A DNA stretch of 23,672 nucleotides from a virus (Duplodnaviria > Heunggongvirae > Uroviricota > Caudoviricetes), in the IMG/VR virus record IMGVR_UViG_2534681899_000008; one strand, given 5' to 3'. Below the pieces are notes generated by a model, which worked only from the letters and a program-made list of their open reading frames with translations, was not told the origin of the DNA and ran no database searches. Below, piece after piece: positions 1-8,952 of the stretch (positions within the stretch are counted from its first letter, which is position 1; each line of letters starts with the position of its first letter). The position numbers and the translations under genes were made by a program.

Positions 1-1053
1 TTACGGGGTAATGCCAACCGCTGTCGCCACTTTGTCGCCACTTGGCAGCGTTGCCAGAGGATTGAAACGGAGCGCCGTTTCCAGATGATCCGGTGCCAGA
101 TGTGCGTAACGCATAGTCATTTTTATATCGTGGTGTCCGAGAATTTTTTGTAAGGCCAGAATGTTTCCACCCGACATCATGAAGTGCGCCGCAAACGTAT
201 GGCGCAGAACGTGTGTGAGTTGACCGCGAGGGAGCACGATAGACGTTTTTTCCATCACGGATAAAAATTGAAAATAGCAGTCTGTGAAGAAATTGAACCC
301 ATCAAGCGCCATGATCTCTTCGTAAAGCTCTTTACTGATAGGGATGCTTCTGTTTTTCTTCCCCTTCGTTCTTACAAAGGTAATTCGGTATTTGGTCACC
401 TGTGAACGAGTAAGATTTACGGCTTCTCGCCAGCGTGCGCCTGTGCTTAAGCATATCTTAACTACCAGTGCCAGAATTGGGTCCTGACGTTTGCAATCAG
501 CCAGTAATTCAACAATCTGCTCATGGGTAAGCCATGCCATCTCTTTTTCTGCGATGGTGAATTTTCGCATGTTCTCCAGTGGGTTCGGATACGACCATTC
601 GCCCAGGCGGGATAGTTCGCTAAAAACACTACTTAGATAGCTTTGCTCCAGGTTAATGGTGACCGGGCTTGCTCCTTTCTTCCATTTCTCGCTGAAGTAG
701 ATCTCACCTGTCAGGCGTTTATCTCGATAGTGGGCAAACATTTTAGAGGTTAGATCAGTTGCAAGGGGATTGCCCAGAGCGTCAACCATCAGCAGCAATT
801 TGTCATAGACATGCTGCCCAGCAGTCAGTGATTTACCATGTAGTTTGAACCATAGCTCAACCACGTCTTTCAGTGTTCGACGATCCACTGATTCACCTAG
901 CCAGGGCTTTGCTTCGGTTTCTTCCATCGTGTGACGCTCAAAAGCCAGTGCTTCGCCTTTGGTGGCGAATTGTTTACGCACACGACGCCCACTACGTCCG
1001 GCGGGGTAACATTCGCAAAGCCATTTTCCTGTGGTGAGTTTTCGTACAGCCAT
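1..1053 (-). CDS. int: Tyrosine integrase, P2/186 family
   Basis: Translation from MAVRKLTTGKW contains LSTGARW, HVLRHTFAAHFM (H-x-x-R box) and MRYAHLAP (catalytic Tyr box), closely resembling P2 Int as I recall it. ATG at 1053 is preceded by GGAGGG; stop codon occupies window positions 1-3. The ORF track's longer start at 1131 is rejected. Confidence 0.85.
   Translation of the reverse strand: MAVRKLTTGKWLCECYPAGRSGRRVRKQFATKGEALAFERHTMEETEAKPWLGESVDRRTLKDVVELWFKLHGKSLTAGQHVYDKLLLMVDALGNPLATDLTSKMFAHYRDKRLTGEIYFSEKWKKGASPVTINLEQSYLSSVFSELSRLGEWSYPNPLENMRKFTIAEKEMAWLTHEQIVELLADCKRQDPILALVVKICLSTGARWREAVNLTRSQVTKYRITFVRTKGKKNRSIPISKELYEEIMALDGFNFFTDCYFQFLSVMEKTSIVLPRGQLTHVLRHTFAAHFMMSGGNILALQKILGHHDIKMTMRYAHLAPDHLETALRFNPLATLPSGDKVATAVGITP
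19..40. repeat. Left copy of a candidate att core (imperfect direct repeat with 20818-20839)
   Basis: cgctgtcgccactttgtcgcca (19-40) versus cgctgccgccattttgtcgcca (20818-20839): 20 of 22 identical, direct orientation, one copy in the int 3' end and one immediately after the ogr stop codon. Confidence 0.4.
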
Positions 1054-1241
1054 AAAAAATGCCCTCCAATAGAGAGCATTTTTACTGTATGTATAACCAG
1101 TGTCAATGTATGAAATCCTGCGACCATACATCTCACTGAAGCCATAATGAAGTAGGCTATTCTTTTTGCTATGTGATCATGTAACTTTTGCGGTTAACCT
1201 GTGGCTCATTTTTATTTTAGGCGCAGATATAAAAGCAAAAG

Positions 1242-1433
1242 TTATCGTGAGTTTTTAGTACAGATTTTTTTGGATTTACTAATAGTTCCATCATTGCAAA
1301 CGAATTTGCCATCAGAGGTACAGTGAGAAACACCTCCCTTTTTCCCTGAGCAGGGATAATTTCTAGCATAGGTAGCTAGTGGGTTTAATAACAAAGAACA
1401 TGACAAAACCACAAAAAATACCTTACCAAGCAT
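1242..1433 (-). CDS. Small secreted Cys-rich protein (63 aa), candidate lysogenic-conversion moron
   Basis: ATG at 1433 preceded by GGGAGG at 4-5 nt spacing, 16 nt downstream of the cI stop. N-terminus [23 protein letters not shown] looks like a Sec signal peptide with an A-x-A site; mature part has 4 Cys. AT-rich relative to flanking phage genes. Confidence 0.5.
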   Translation of the reverse strand: MLGKVFFVVLSCSLLLNPLATYARNYPCSGKKGGVSHCTSDGKFVCNDGTISKSKKICTKNSR

Positions 1434-1448
1434 AATTTCCTCCCGGTA

Positions 1449-2024
1449 CTATTTAACATACTTGACTGTTAAACTTATAATTTTACCAATTATTTCAATG
1501 TCTTCTATCTTACATTCGAAGGCTCTGTTTCCACCCTCGACGAAGATTCTTCCACCGGGTAAACGAGTAATGTCACGGATCGTTATTTCGCCATCAATAC
1601 TTATTACCCATTTACCATCACGTATATCATCAAATTCCTTATCACAAATAAATTCAGAATTATTATCTGTGATTACAAAAAGATTCTTGAATGCCGACGG
1701 TAGAAATTCTCTATCGAAAATATAAAAACCGTCTTCACACAAGGCCCCATCAGATAATACATATTTAGCAACTTCCATAGTATTTGTATTACCTGAAGTT
1801 TGCTTTGAACCATGCCCGGTTGTGAGCCAATTAAGCGAGGTGCCTGTTTCAAGGGCGCACTGGATTACCCATTCTGCTGGGAATGAGTCACGCATGTAGC
1901 GTGTGGCGAGTGTACTTTTAGAGATTCCTAAATGATCGCACAACGCCTGTCGAGTCTTGAATCCATAAGCTTCTACCATGCGCTCTATGGCGCCTCGTCC
2001 GCCTTTCTCCAAATTCATGGTCAC
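1449..2024 (-). CDS. cI: CI-type immunity repressor (phage 186 CI-like)
   Basis: 191-aa ORF transcribed with int, divergent from apl and cII; N-terminal HTH-like segment (QALCDHLGISKSTLATRYMRD). Position and size match 186 CI. Start could be ATG 2024 or 2018. Confidence 0.7.
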   Translation of the reverse strand: MTMNLEKGGRGAIERMVEAYGFKTRQALCDHLGISKSTLATRYMRDSFPAEWVIQCALETGTSLNWLTTGHGSKQTSGNTNTMEVAKYVLSDGALCEDGFYIFDREFLPSAFKNLFVITDNNSEFICDKEFDDIRDGKWVISIDGEITIRDITRLPGGRIFVEGGNRAFECKIEDIEIIGKIISLTVKYVK

Positions 2025-2042
2025 TCCAAGTGAACTTTTATC

Positions 2043-2071
2043 TTGACGATTTCACTGTGCGATCGTATGTT
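2043..2071 (+). promoter_or_regulatory. Candidate rightward early (lytic) promoter in the cI-apl switch region
   Basis: TTGACG (2043-2048), 17-nt spacer, TATGTT (2066-2071), about 70 nt upstream of the apl ATG, in the divergent cI/apl intergenic region. Confidence 0.3.
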
Positions 2072-2143
2072 TATGGTGTTCACAAAATACAAACGATCCG
2101 TATTCGTCCTGATTAATCATCATTAAACGAGGAATGTTGCATC

Positions 2144-2365
2144 ATGAGACCTAACATTTCAATCACTCTTACCACGCCTCATGTGACTATTGAACGCTAT
2201 AGCGAGCTGACAGGGCTATCCATCGATACCATCAATGACATGTTGGCTGATGGACGCCTTATCCGTCACCGTCTGCGCAAAGATAAAAAACGCGAAAAAG
2301 TGATGATCAACATAGCAGCAATGACCGTTGATGCGCTTTCAGAATGCAATCTAAACCTTAATTAG
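2144..2365 (+). CDS. apl: Apl/Cox-like excisionase and transcriptional regulator
   Basis: 73-aa basic protein as first gene of the rightward operon opposite cI, the position of apl in 186 and cox in P2. Confidence 0.6.
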   Translation: MRPNISITLTTPHVTIERYSELTGLSIDTINDMLADGRLIRHRLRKDKKREKVMINIAAMTVDALSECNLNLN

Positions 2366-2397
2366 TTCGATTCTGAAATACATCAGAGGCATTGACC

Positions 2398-2907
2398 ATG
2401 TTTGATTACCAAGTTTCCAAACATCCACATTTTGATGAAGCCTGTCGTGCATTTGCACTGCGCCACAATCTGGTGCAACTGGCAGAACGTGCAGGCATGA
2501 ATGTGCAGATTCTGCGGAACAAGCTGAACCCAGCTCAGCCTCATTTATTAACCGCACCAGAAATCTGGCTGCTTACCGATCTGACTGAAGATTCAACGCT
2601 GGTAGATGGTTTTCTGGCACAGATTCATTGTCTGCCATGTGTACCGATTAATGAGGTGGCAAAAGAGAAACTGCCACATTACGTCATGAGTGCAACCGCA
2701 GAGATCGGGCGTGTTGCTGCAGGTGCGGTGTCTGGCGATGTAAAAACCTGTGCCGGTCGTCGTGATGCTATCAGCAGCATTAACTCTGTAACACGACTGA
2801 TGGCGCTGGCGGCTGTTTCATTGCAGGCCCGTTTACAGGCTAATCCTGCGATGGCGAGTGCAGTTGATACCGTGACTGGCCTCGGTGCTTCATTTGGTTT
2901 GCTGTGA
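2398..2907 (+). CDS. cII: CII-like lysogeny establishment regulator (186 CII family)
   Basis: 169 aa from [20 protein letters not shown]; I recall 186 CII as nearly identical in length and N-terminal sequence. AGAGG lies 8 nt upstream of ATG 2398. Confidence 0.7.
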   Translation: MFDYQVSKHPHFDEACRAFALRHNLVQLAERAGMNVQILRNKLNPAQPHLLTAPEIWLLTDLTEDSTLVDGFLAQIHCLPCVPINEVAKEKLPHYVMSATAEIGRVAAGAVSGDVKTCAGRRDAISSINSVTRLMALAAVSLQARLQANPAMASAVDTVTGLGASFGLL

Positions 2908-2914
2908 GGTGCTT

Positions 2915-3115
2915 ATGCTGACGAAAGAACCATCATTTGCATCGCTGCTGGTTAAACAAAGCCCGGCAATGCATTACGGTCACGGCTGGATCATGGGTGA
3001 GGATGGTAAACGCTGGCATCCGTGCCGTTCACAAGATGAATTGCTGGCAGAACTATCTACGAAAAAACGGGGGAACAAATGGCTATTGAAGGCGCTGCGG
3101 CGACTGTTCCATTAA
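2915..3115 (+). CDS. Small early protein (66 aa), possibly Fil-like by position
   Basis: ATG at 2915 preceded by GAGGTG; position immediately after cII matches fil in 186. Sequence not recognised with certainty. Confidence 0.4.
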   Translation: MLTKEPSFASLLVKQSPAMHYGHGWIMGEDGKRWHPCRSQDELLAELSTKKRGNKWLLKALRRLFH

Positions 3116-3420
3116 GCCCCGGTGAACGCCTGAATGGACTTAATCACATAGCGGAATTAAGGGCGAAAGTTTTTGGTTTGAATATTGAGTCAGAGCTTGA
3201 GCGGTTTATTAAAGATATGCGTGATCCACGGGATATCAATAATGAACAAAATAAACGGGCACTGGCTGCCATATTCTTTATGGCAAAAATTCCAGCTGAA
3301 CGTCATAGCATCAGCATTAATGAGCTGACCACTGACGAAAAGCGGGAGTTGATTAAAGCAATGAATCATTTTCGTGCAGTGGTGAGCTTATTTCCCAGAC
3401 GGCTAACCATGCCGAATTAA
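3079..3420 (+). CDS. Hypothetical phage early protein (113 aa)
   Basis: ATG at 3079 preceded by GGGGGAA; overlaps the 3' end of the previous ORF in another frame; no recognisable motif. Confidence 0.5.
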   Translation: MAIEGAAATVPLSPGERLNGLNHIAELRAKVFGLNIESELERFIKDMRDPRDINNEQNKRALAAIFFMAKIPAERHSISINELTTDEKRELIKAMNHFRAVVSLFPRRLTMPN

Positions 3421-3487
3421 CCAACTAATGAAATTAATGGCGTAAACCCGCCGGGCATCCCTTTATCTAAATTCAGGAGAATTGCTT

Positions 3488-3721
3488 ATGCGTAATATTG
3501 AAACCCTCACGACCAAAACCGGACCGGATGATGCAGGTCTTAATCTTTTACTGACAGAGGCTCGTCTGGAAGAACGCCGGGCAAGGGCTGAAGCAATGGC
3601 TGCTCGCCTCGATAGCCTGGCGTGTCATATCACCTCCCGCCAGCTAAACCACGTCGAAGCGGCAGAACTGCTGCGTGTGACTGCTGAAGCAATCCAGAAC
3701 GAAGCGCAGGAGATCCACTGA
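3488..3721 (+). CDS. Hypothetical phage early protein (77 aa)
   Basis: ATG at 3488 preceded by AGGAGA; stop TGA overlaps the ATG of the next gene (TGATG). Confidence 0.5.
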   Translation: MRNIETLTTKTGPDDAGLNLLLTEARLEERRARAEAMAARLDSLACHITSRQLNHVEAAELLRVTAEAIQNEAQEIH

Positions 3722-3947
3722 TGGCTGATGCAATGGATCTCGTACAGCAGCGCGTTGAAGAAGAACGCCAACGCCATATCCGTGCTGCCCGTGCCAAAAC
3801 GCCGGGCGTGTCCCGCGTGCTTTGCGTTGAGTGTGAAGCGCCAATTCCGCCAGCACGCCGCCGTGCCATTCCTGGAGTGAGCTTTGCATTACCTGCCAGG
3901 AAATCGCAGAGCTGAAAGGCAAACATTACAACGGAGGTGCTGTATGA
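3721..3947 (+). pseudogene. TraR/DksA-family C4 zinc-finger gene interrupted by an apparent 1-nt deletion
   Basis: Frame 1 gives the first Cys pair (VLCVECEAPIPPARRRAIPGV) then a non-conserved tail to a stop at 3915. Frame 3 from 3879 gives [22 protein letters not shown], restoring C-x2-C-x17-C-x2-C spacing and ending in a TGA that overlaps the dam ATG (ATGA). Confidence 0.55.
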
Positions 3948-4801
3948 GCACCATCCTGAAATGGGCGGGTAATAAAACCGCCATTATGTCCGAACTGAAA
4001 AAATACCTTCCTGCTGGCCCGCGACTGGTTGAACCTTTCGCGGGTTCTTGTGCTGTGATGATGGCGACGGATTACCCCAGCTATCTGGTTGCGGATATTA
4101 ATCCTGATTTAATCAACCTCTATAAAAAGATTGCCGCTGATTGCGAAGCGTTTATATCTCGTGCCAAAGTTTTATTTGAGGAAGCAAACAGTGAGCTGGC
4201 TTATTACAACATAAGACAGGAGTTTAATTACTCAACTGAAATTACTGATTTCATGAAGGCGATATATTTCCTGTATCTCAATCGTCACGGTTACCGTGGT
4301 TTATGTCGCTATAACAAGAGCGGGTATTTCAACATTCCCTACGGTAATTATAAAAATCCGTATTTCCCTGAAAAAGAAATTCGCGCATTTGCAGAGAAAG
4401 CCCAGCGGGCAACGTTTATCTGCGCGAGCTTTGATGAAACGCTGGCGATGCTGCAGGTGGGGGATGTGGTGTATTGCGATCCGCCGTATGACGGTACGTT
4501 TTCCGGCTATCACACTGATGGTTTCACTGAAGATGACCAGTATCACCTGGCATCCATTCTTGAACATCGGTCATCAGAAGGACATCCGGTCATTGTTTCT
4601 AACAATGACACATCCCTGATTCGTTCGCTGTATCGCAATTTTACTCACCACTATATCAAGGCAAAACGCAGCATCGGCGTGTCAGCTGGCGAGGGTAAAT
4701 CTGCAACAGAAATCATTGCTGTTTCCGGGCCGAGCTGCTGGTTGGGATTTGATCCTTCGCGTGGCGTGGATAGTTCTGCCGTGTACGGAGTGTGTGTATG
4801 A
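3944..4801 (+). CDS. DNA adenine methyltransferase, Dam (D12) family
   Basis: [12 protein letters not shown]-terminus, [11 protein letters not shown]-binding-like motif and DPPY catalytic motif in the translation; GGAGGTG SD upstream. Confidence 0.85.
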   Translation: MSTILKWAGNKTAIMSELKKYLPAGPRLVEPFAGSCAVMMATDYPSYLVADINPDLINLYKKIAADCEAFISRAKVLFEEANSELAYYNIRQEFNYSTEITDFMKAIYFLYLNRHGYRGLCRYNKSGYFNIPYGNYKNPYFPEKEIRAFAEKAQRATFICASFDETLAMLQVGDVVYCDPPYDGTFSGYHTDGFTEDDQYHLASILEHRSSEGHPVIVSNNDTSLIRSLYRNFTHHYIKAKRSIGVSAGEGKSATEIIAVSGPSCWLGFDPSRGVDSSAVYGVCV

Positions 4802-7212
4802 GTCATGACGATATGAACAATTGCAGCGGCTTTAACGAGGCCGCCGCAGCATTTTCATGGAACGGCTCGAAAAAGGCCATTAACCCTTATCTGGACCCGG
4901 CGGAAGTTGCGCCGGAGTCTGCACTTTCAAACCTGATCACTCTGTACGCTGCCGATAACGAGCAGGAACAACTGCGCCGCGAGGCACTGAGTGAGCAGGT
5001 CTGGGAGCGTTATTTCTTTAATGAATCCCGTGATCCTGTCCAGCGCGAAATGGAGCAGGATAAGCTCATTAGCCGGGCAAAGCTGGCGCATGAGCAGCAG
5101 CGTTTTAATCCGGACATGGTCATTCTGGCGGACGTAAACGCCCAGCCTTCCCATATCAGCAAGCCGCTGATGCAACGTATTGAATACTTCAGCAGCCTGG
5201 GCAGGCCAAAGGCTTATTCCCGCTATTTGCGTGAGACGATTAAGCCATGTCTGGAGCGACTGGATTGTGTACGTGACAGTCAGCTATCTGTTTCTTTCCG
5301 TTTTATGGCAAGCCATCAAGGGCTGGAGGGGCTGCTGATCCTGCCTGAAATGAGCCAGGATCAGGTGAAACGCCTGTCCACCCTGGTAGCAGCGCATATG
5401 AGCATGTGTCTTGAGGACGCTTGTGGTGATTTGTATGCCACCGATGACGTTAAGCCAGAAGAAATCCGCAAGACATGGGAAAAGGTGGCAGCGGAAACCC
5501 TGCGTCTGGATGTTATCCCGCCTGCGTTTGAGAAACTTCGTCGGAAAAGAAACCGCCGCAAACCAGTGCCCTATGAACTCATCCCGGGTTCGCTGGCGCG
5601 TATGTTGTGTGCCGACTGGTGGTATCGGAAATTATGGAAGATGCGTTGCGAATGGCGGGAAGAGCAGTTGCGTGCTGTCTGCCTGGTCAGCAAAAAAGCA
5701 TCCCCCTATGTCAGCTATGAAGCCGTGATGCATAAACGTGAGCAGCGCCGTAAGTCGCTGGAGTTTTTTCGTTCTCATGAACTGGTGAACGAAGACGGCG
5801 ACACGCTGGATATGGAAGATGTGGTAAACGCCAGCAGCAGCAACCCGGCGCATCGCCGCAATGAGATGATGGCCTGTGTTAAAGGTCTGGAGCTTATCGC
5901 GGAAATGCGCAGTGACTGTGCCGTTTTCTACACTATCACCTGTCCGTCGCGTTTCCATTCCACGCTCAATAACGGCAGACCAAACCCGACCTGGACAAAC
6001 GCGACGGTAAGACAAAGTAGCGATTATCTGGTCGGCATGTTTGCTGCATTTCGTAAGGCTATGCATAAAGCCGAGTTGCGCTGGTATGGCGTGCGGGTAG
6101 CTGAGCCGCATCATGACGGTACTGTGCACTGGCATCTCATGTGTTTCATGCGTAAAAAAGACCGCCGCGCCATCACTGCATTACTGCGTAAGTTTGCCAT
6201 CCGTGAAGACCGCGAGGAGCTGGGCAATAACACGGGACCACGCTTTAAGTCTGAGCTGATAAACCCGCGCAAAGGTACGCCAACAAGCTATATCGCGAAA
6301 TACATCAGTAAGAACATTGACGGGCGTGGTCTGGCTGGGGAGATCAGCAAGGAAACGGGTAAATCCCTGCGTGATAACGCTGAATACGTTAATGCCTGGG
6401 CGTCTCTGCATCGTGTTCAGCAATTCCGCTTCTTTGGCATTCCGGGGCGTCAGGCTTACCGTGAACTGCGATTGCTGGCTGGTCAGGCGGCAAGGCAACA
6501 GGGTGACAAAAAAGCAGGTGCGCCGGTACTGGATAACCCGCGCCTTGATGCCATTCTGGCTGCTGCTGATGCTGGTTGTTTTGCCACCTATATCATGAAG
6601 CAGGGCGGCGTACTGGTTCCCCGTAAATATCACCTCATCAGAACCGCTTATGAAATCAACGAAGAGCCAACCGCCTATGGCGATCACGGTATTCGTATTT
6701 ATGGCATCTGGTCACCCATTGCAGAGGGCAAGATCTGCACTCATGCGGTGAAGTGGAAAATGGTTCGTAAGGCCGTTGACGTTCAGGAGGCGGCAGCCGA
6801 CCAGGGCGCTTGCGCCCCTTGGACTCGTGGCAATAACTGTCCCCTTGCTGAAAATTTGAACCAACAAGGGAAAAACAAATCAGCTGATGGGGACTCCAGA
6901 ACGGATATTACCCGTATGAATGACAAGGAGTTGCACGATTACCTGCACAGTATGAGCAAAAAAGATCGCCGGGAACTGGCAGCAAGGTTACGCCTGGTGA
7001 AACCGAAACGGCGTAAAGACTACAAACAGCGAATTACAGACCATCAGCGACAGCAGCTTGTCTATGAACTGAAGTCCAGAGGATTTGATGGCAGCGAGAA
7101 AGAGGTCGAGTTGCTCCTTCGCGGTGGCAGTATTCCGTCAGGAGCAGGCCTGCGTATCTTCTATCGGAACCAGCGTCTGCAGGAGGATGATAAATGGCGG
7201 AACATGTATTAA
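4798..7212 (+). CDS. A: Replication initiation endonuclease (P2 gpA / 186 A family, rolling-circle Rep)
   Basis: 804 aa; HWH (HUH-type) motif in [15 protein letters not shown] and paired tyrosines in [10 protein letters not shown] typical of superfamily I Rep proteins; ATG overlaps the dam stop (ATGA). Confidence 0.85.
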   Translation: MSHDDMNNCSGFNEAAAAFSWNGSKKAINPYLDPAEVAPESALSNLITLYAADNEQEQLRREALSEQVWERYFFNESRDPVQREMEQDKLISRAKLAHEQQRFNPDMVILADVNAQPSHISKPLMQRIEYFSSLGRPKAYSRYLRETIKPCLERLDCVRDSQLSVSFRFMASHQGLEGLLILPEMSQDQVKRLSTLVAAHMSMCLEDACGDLYATDDVKPEEIRKTWEKVAAETLRLDVIPPAFEKLRRKRNRRKPVPYELIPGSLARMLCADWWYRKLWKMRCEWREEQLRAVCLVSKKASPYVSYEAVMHKREQRRKSLEFFRSHELVNEDGDTLDMEDVVNASSSNPAHRRNEMMACVKGLELIAEMRSDCAVFYTITCPSRFHSTLNNGRPNPTWTNATVRQSSDYLVGMFAAFRKAMHKAELRWYGVRVAEPHHDGTVHWHLMCFMRKKDRRAITALLRKFAIREDREELGNNTGPRFKSELINPRKGTPTSYIAKYISKNIDGRGLAGEISKETGKSLRDNAEYVNAWASLHRVQQFRFFGIPGRQAYRELRLLAGQAARQQGDKKAGAPVLDNPRLDAILAAADAGCFATYIMKQGGVLVPRKYHLIRTAYEINEEPTAYGDHGIRIYGIWSPIAEGKICTHAVKWKMVRKAVDVQEAAADQGACAPWTRGNNCPLAENLNQQGKNKSADGDSRTDITRMNDKELHDYLHSMSKKDRRELAARLRLVKPKRRKDYKQRITDHQRQQLVYELKSRGFDGSEKEVELLLRGGSIPSGAGLRIFYRNQRLQEDDKWRNMY

Positions 7213-7304
7213 TTACGCTGATTAACAATTCGTGCTCTTAATAATACCAGGCATATCAGGCTGATGAACGTAAAAAAACGTTTTACATCAGTAAGATTAT
7301 TATA

Positions 7305-7324
7305 TACTGTAAATATAAACAGTA
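7305..7324 (+). promoter_or_regulatory. LexA operator (SOS box) overlapping a putative promoter
   Basis: TACTGTAAATATAAACAGTA is CTGT-N8-ACAG with an AT-rich spacer, close to the consensus TACTGTATATATATACAGTA; TTTACA (7282-7287) and TATACT (7303-7308) could form the overlapping promoter. Confidence 0.7.
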
Positions 7325-7365
7325 GTTATGTATACAGTATTGCTTGTGGTGTCATAGGAGGAAAA

Positions 7366-7554
7366 ATGCAGGACTATTTTTTGGAGTCTTTGAAGCTCCA
7401 GCGCATTGATTTTTTTCTTAAGCTTGTAGCGGCTAGTGAGTGTAGTGATGAAGAGAAGGGGCTGGCTTTGCAGTGGGTTTCTGAACTAACAGATGAACTC
7501 ATGGCAAAAATCAGAACCCACGAATACAACCGCTCAATGGATGTCATCAGTTGA
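7366..7554 (+). CDS. SOS-inducible small protein (62 aa), candidate Tum-like antirepressor
   Basis: ATG at 7366 preceded by GGAGG; first ORF downstream of the LexA box, where 186 carries tum. The longer track ORF from 7264 would overlap the operator and is rejected. Confidence 0.45.
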   Translation: MQDYFLESLKLQRIDFFLKLVAASECSDEEKGLALQWVSELTDELMAKIRTHEYNRSMDVIS

Positions 7555-7564
7555 GGTGACTTTT

Positions 7565-7798
7565 ATGCGCATTGAAATAATGATCGATAAAGAGCAGAAG
7601 ATTAGCCAGTCTACCCTGGACGCTCTGGAGTCCGAGCTTTACCGCAACCTGCAACCCATCTATCCCAAGACCGCTATCCGCATCCGTAAAGGGGCGGCAA
7701 ACGGCGTTGAGCTGAGTGGCTTAAAGCTTGATGAAGACAAAAAGCGGGTGATGGAAATTATGCAACAGGTTTGGGAAGACGACAGCTGGCTGCACTAA
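7565..7798 (+). CDS. DinI-family protein
   Basis: 77 aa beginning MRIEIMIDKEQ and ending QQVWEDDSWLH, resembling E. coli DinI in length and terminal motifs; GAGGTG SD 6 nt upstream. Confidence 0.75.
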   Translation: MRIEIMIDKEQKISQSTLDALESELYRNLQPIYPKTAIRIRKGAANGVELSGLKLDEDKKRVMEIMQQVWEDDSWLH

Positions 7799-8122
7799 GG
7801 AACGTTCCTGATGTAAGAACTTGAATCTGACGTCAGCAAGGTTGAACAACGAGAGTAGCGAGGCGTTAGCCATGGGTAAAAAAGACAGTAATCACCAGAT
7901 TATTTATCGGGGCTAGGTGCTGGAACGTTTAACCCTTGGCGACTGGGTCTTCTTTCAACGCCCAAAGGAGTGTGGCGGAGGTTTTTGGTTGGGCCGCATC
8001 TATGAAGACTGCTTCTGGCTTGAGCTGGAATTCCCCGTTTCGCTATATGACGGCCTGGGGTTTTTGATGGAAGTCACTAGGGTAGAGCAGAGAAGTGATG
8101 AGGTTGACGCGAATTATCCCCT

Positions 8123-8151
8123 GTTTGATTAAAAATGTATTAGCTTATAAT
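8123..8151 (+). promoter_or_regulatory. Candidate sigma70 promoter for the 203-aa cargo gene
   Basis: Perfect -10 TATAAT at 8146-8151 with GTTTGA at 8123-8128 (17-nt spacer), about 30 nt upstream of the ATG at 8181. Confidence 0.4.
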
Positions 8152-8180
8152 GGAATACTATTTTTGCAGGTGGGGGCGCA

Positions 8181-8792
8181 ATGGATTTAGTCTTTAAAGT
8201 TCTGGCTTCGTTGGGTGGGGTGTCTTTTGTTGCATCTGGCATATTTGTTTGGATCGGGAAAGTTTATTTAGAAAGATATAAGTCGCGGCTAAACAAAGAT
8301 ATTGCTGAATTTCAATCACAACTGAGTGCAACTAATGAAAGAATAAAGGCTAAGTTAGACAATTCTGTTTATGTAACGAAAGCGTATTTTGATAAGGAGT
8401 TATCAGCATATAGTCTCATTTGGAATTCGATGTTTGAAACCAGAGAAAGCGTGCTTAAGCTGAGGCCTGCGCTGGATCATGTTGACCCCAACGAACCATT
8501 TGAAGAGAGAAAATTTAGAAGGTTGAAAGTTTTTTTTGATGCATTTAACACTTTTGTTACAAGTGTTGAATCTAACAAACCGTTCATCTCACCAGAGGTT
8601 TATATAATCTTGGACCGTTTCCGGAAGGAATGCCTTTCAGAGTCAATATCGTTTAAGCATAGCGATCCAGAATTTGACGGGCAAAATTATTGGAAAGAGG
8701 CGGAGTTGAACTGTACAACCATCACCAAGCTTTTTGATGAGACGTGTGATGCAATTCGAGACAGGATGCACACATTAACTGTGGTTACGTAG
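8181..8792 (+). CDS. Membrane-anchored protein of unknown function (203 aa), cargo gene
   Basis: ATG preceded by GGTGGGGG; N-terminal hydrophobic helix LVFKVLASLGGVSFVASGIFVWIG then a charged soluble domain; AT-rich; located between the tum/dinI operon and the cos-like site, where P2 carries tin and old. Confidence 0.55.
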   Translation: MDLVFKVLASLGGVSFVASGIFVWIGKVYLERYKSRLNKDIAEFQSQLSATNERIKAKLDNSVYVTKAYFDKELSAYSLIWNSMFETRESVLKLRPALDHVDPNEPFEERKFRRLKVFFDAFNTFVTSVESNKPFISPEVYIILDRFRKECLSESISFKHSDPEFDGQNYWKEAELNCTTITKLFDETCDAIRDRMHTLTVVT

Positions 8793-8883
8793 GTTTCCAA
8801 AAAGTCTCGATGCCCGCTTTGGAGATTGTGCATGTCTATGCCGCATGAATCCGCATGATCGTTTGAGGATCGTTTTAGCTGAG

Positions 8884-8911
8884 GCCCGCCAGGAGTGGCG
8901 GGCTTTTGCTT
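8884..8911 (+). terminator. Rho-independent terminator candidate
   Basis: GCCCGCC / GGCGGGC 7-bp stem with 6-nt loop followed by TTTTGCTT. Confidence 0.5.
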
Positions 8912-8952
8912 ATGTCATGCAGGCGCATGAAAACCGCTACATAAAGCGGGCA

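Noticed and set aside
5632-6135. 167-aa minus-strand ORF inside replication gene A
   Set aside because: Antisense to A, with no SD; the sense frame carries the Rep HUH and Tyr motifs.
7264-7365. Longer 96-aa version of the Tum-like ORF starting at 7264
   Set aside because: That start would place the coding sequence across the LexA box and promoter and has no SD; the ATG at 7366 has a GGAGG SD.
7799-7836. Two perfect 10-bp palindromes (GGAACGTTCC at 7799-7808, CTGACGTCAG at 7827-7836) just after the DinI-like stop
   Set aside because: Short palindromes of this size occur by chance and are not followed by a T-run; possibly a protein-binding site, but nothing in the sequence supports a specific role.
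7917-8132. 71-aa plus-strand ORF between the DinI-like gene and the 203-aa cargo gene
   Set aside because: Would need a GTG start with no SD and shows no recognisable features; it could be a gene remnant, but I cannot support it as a gene.
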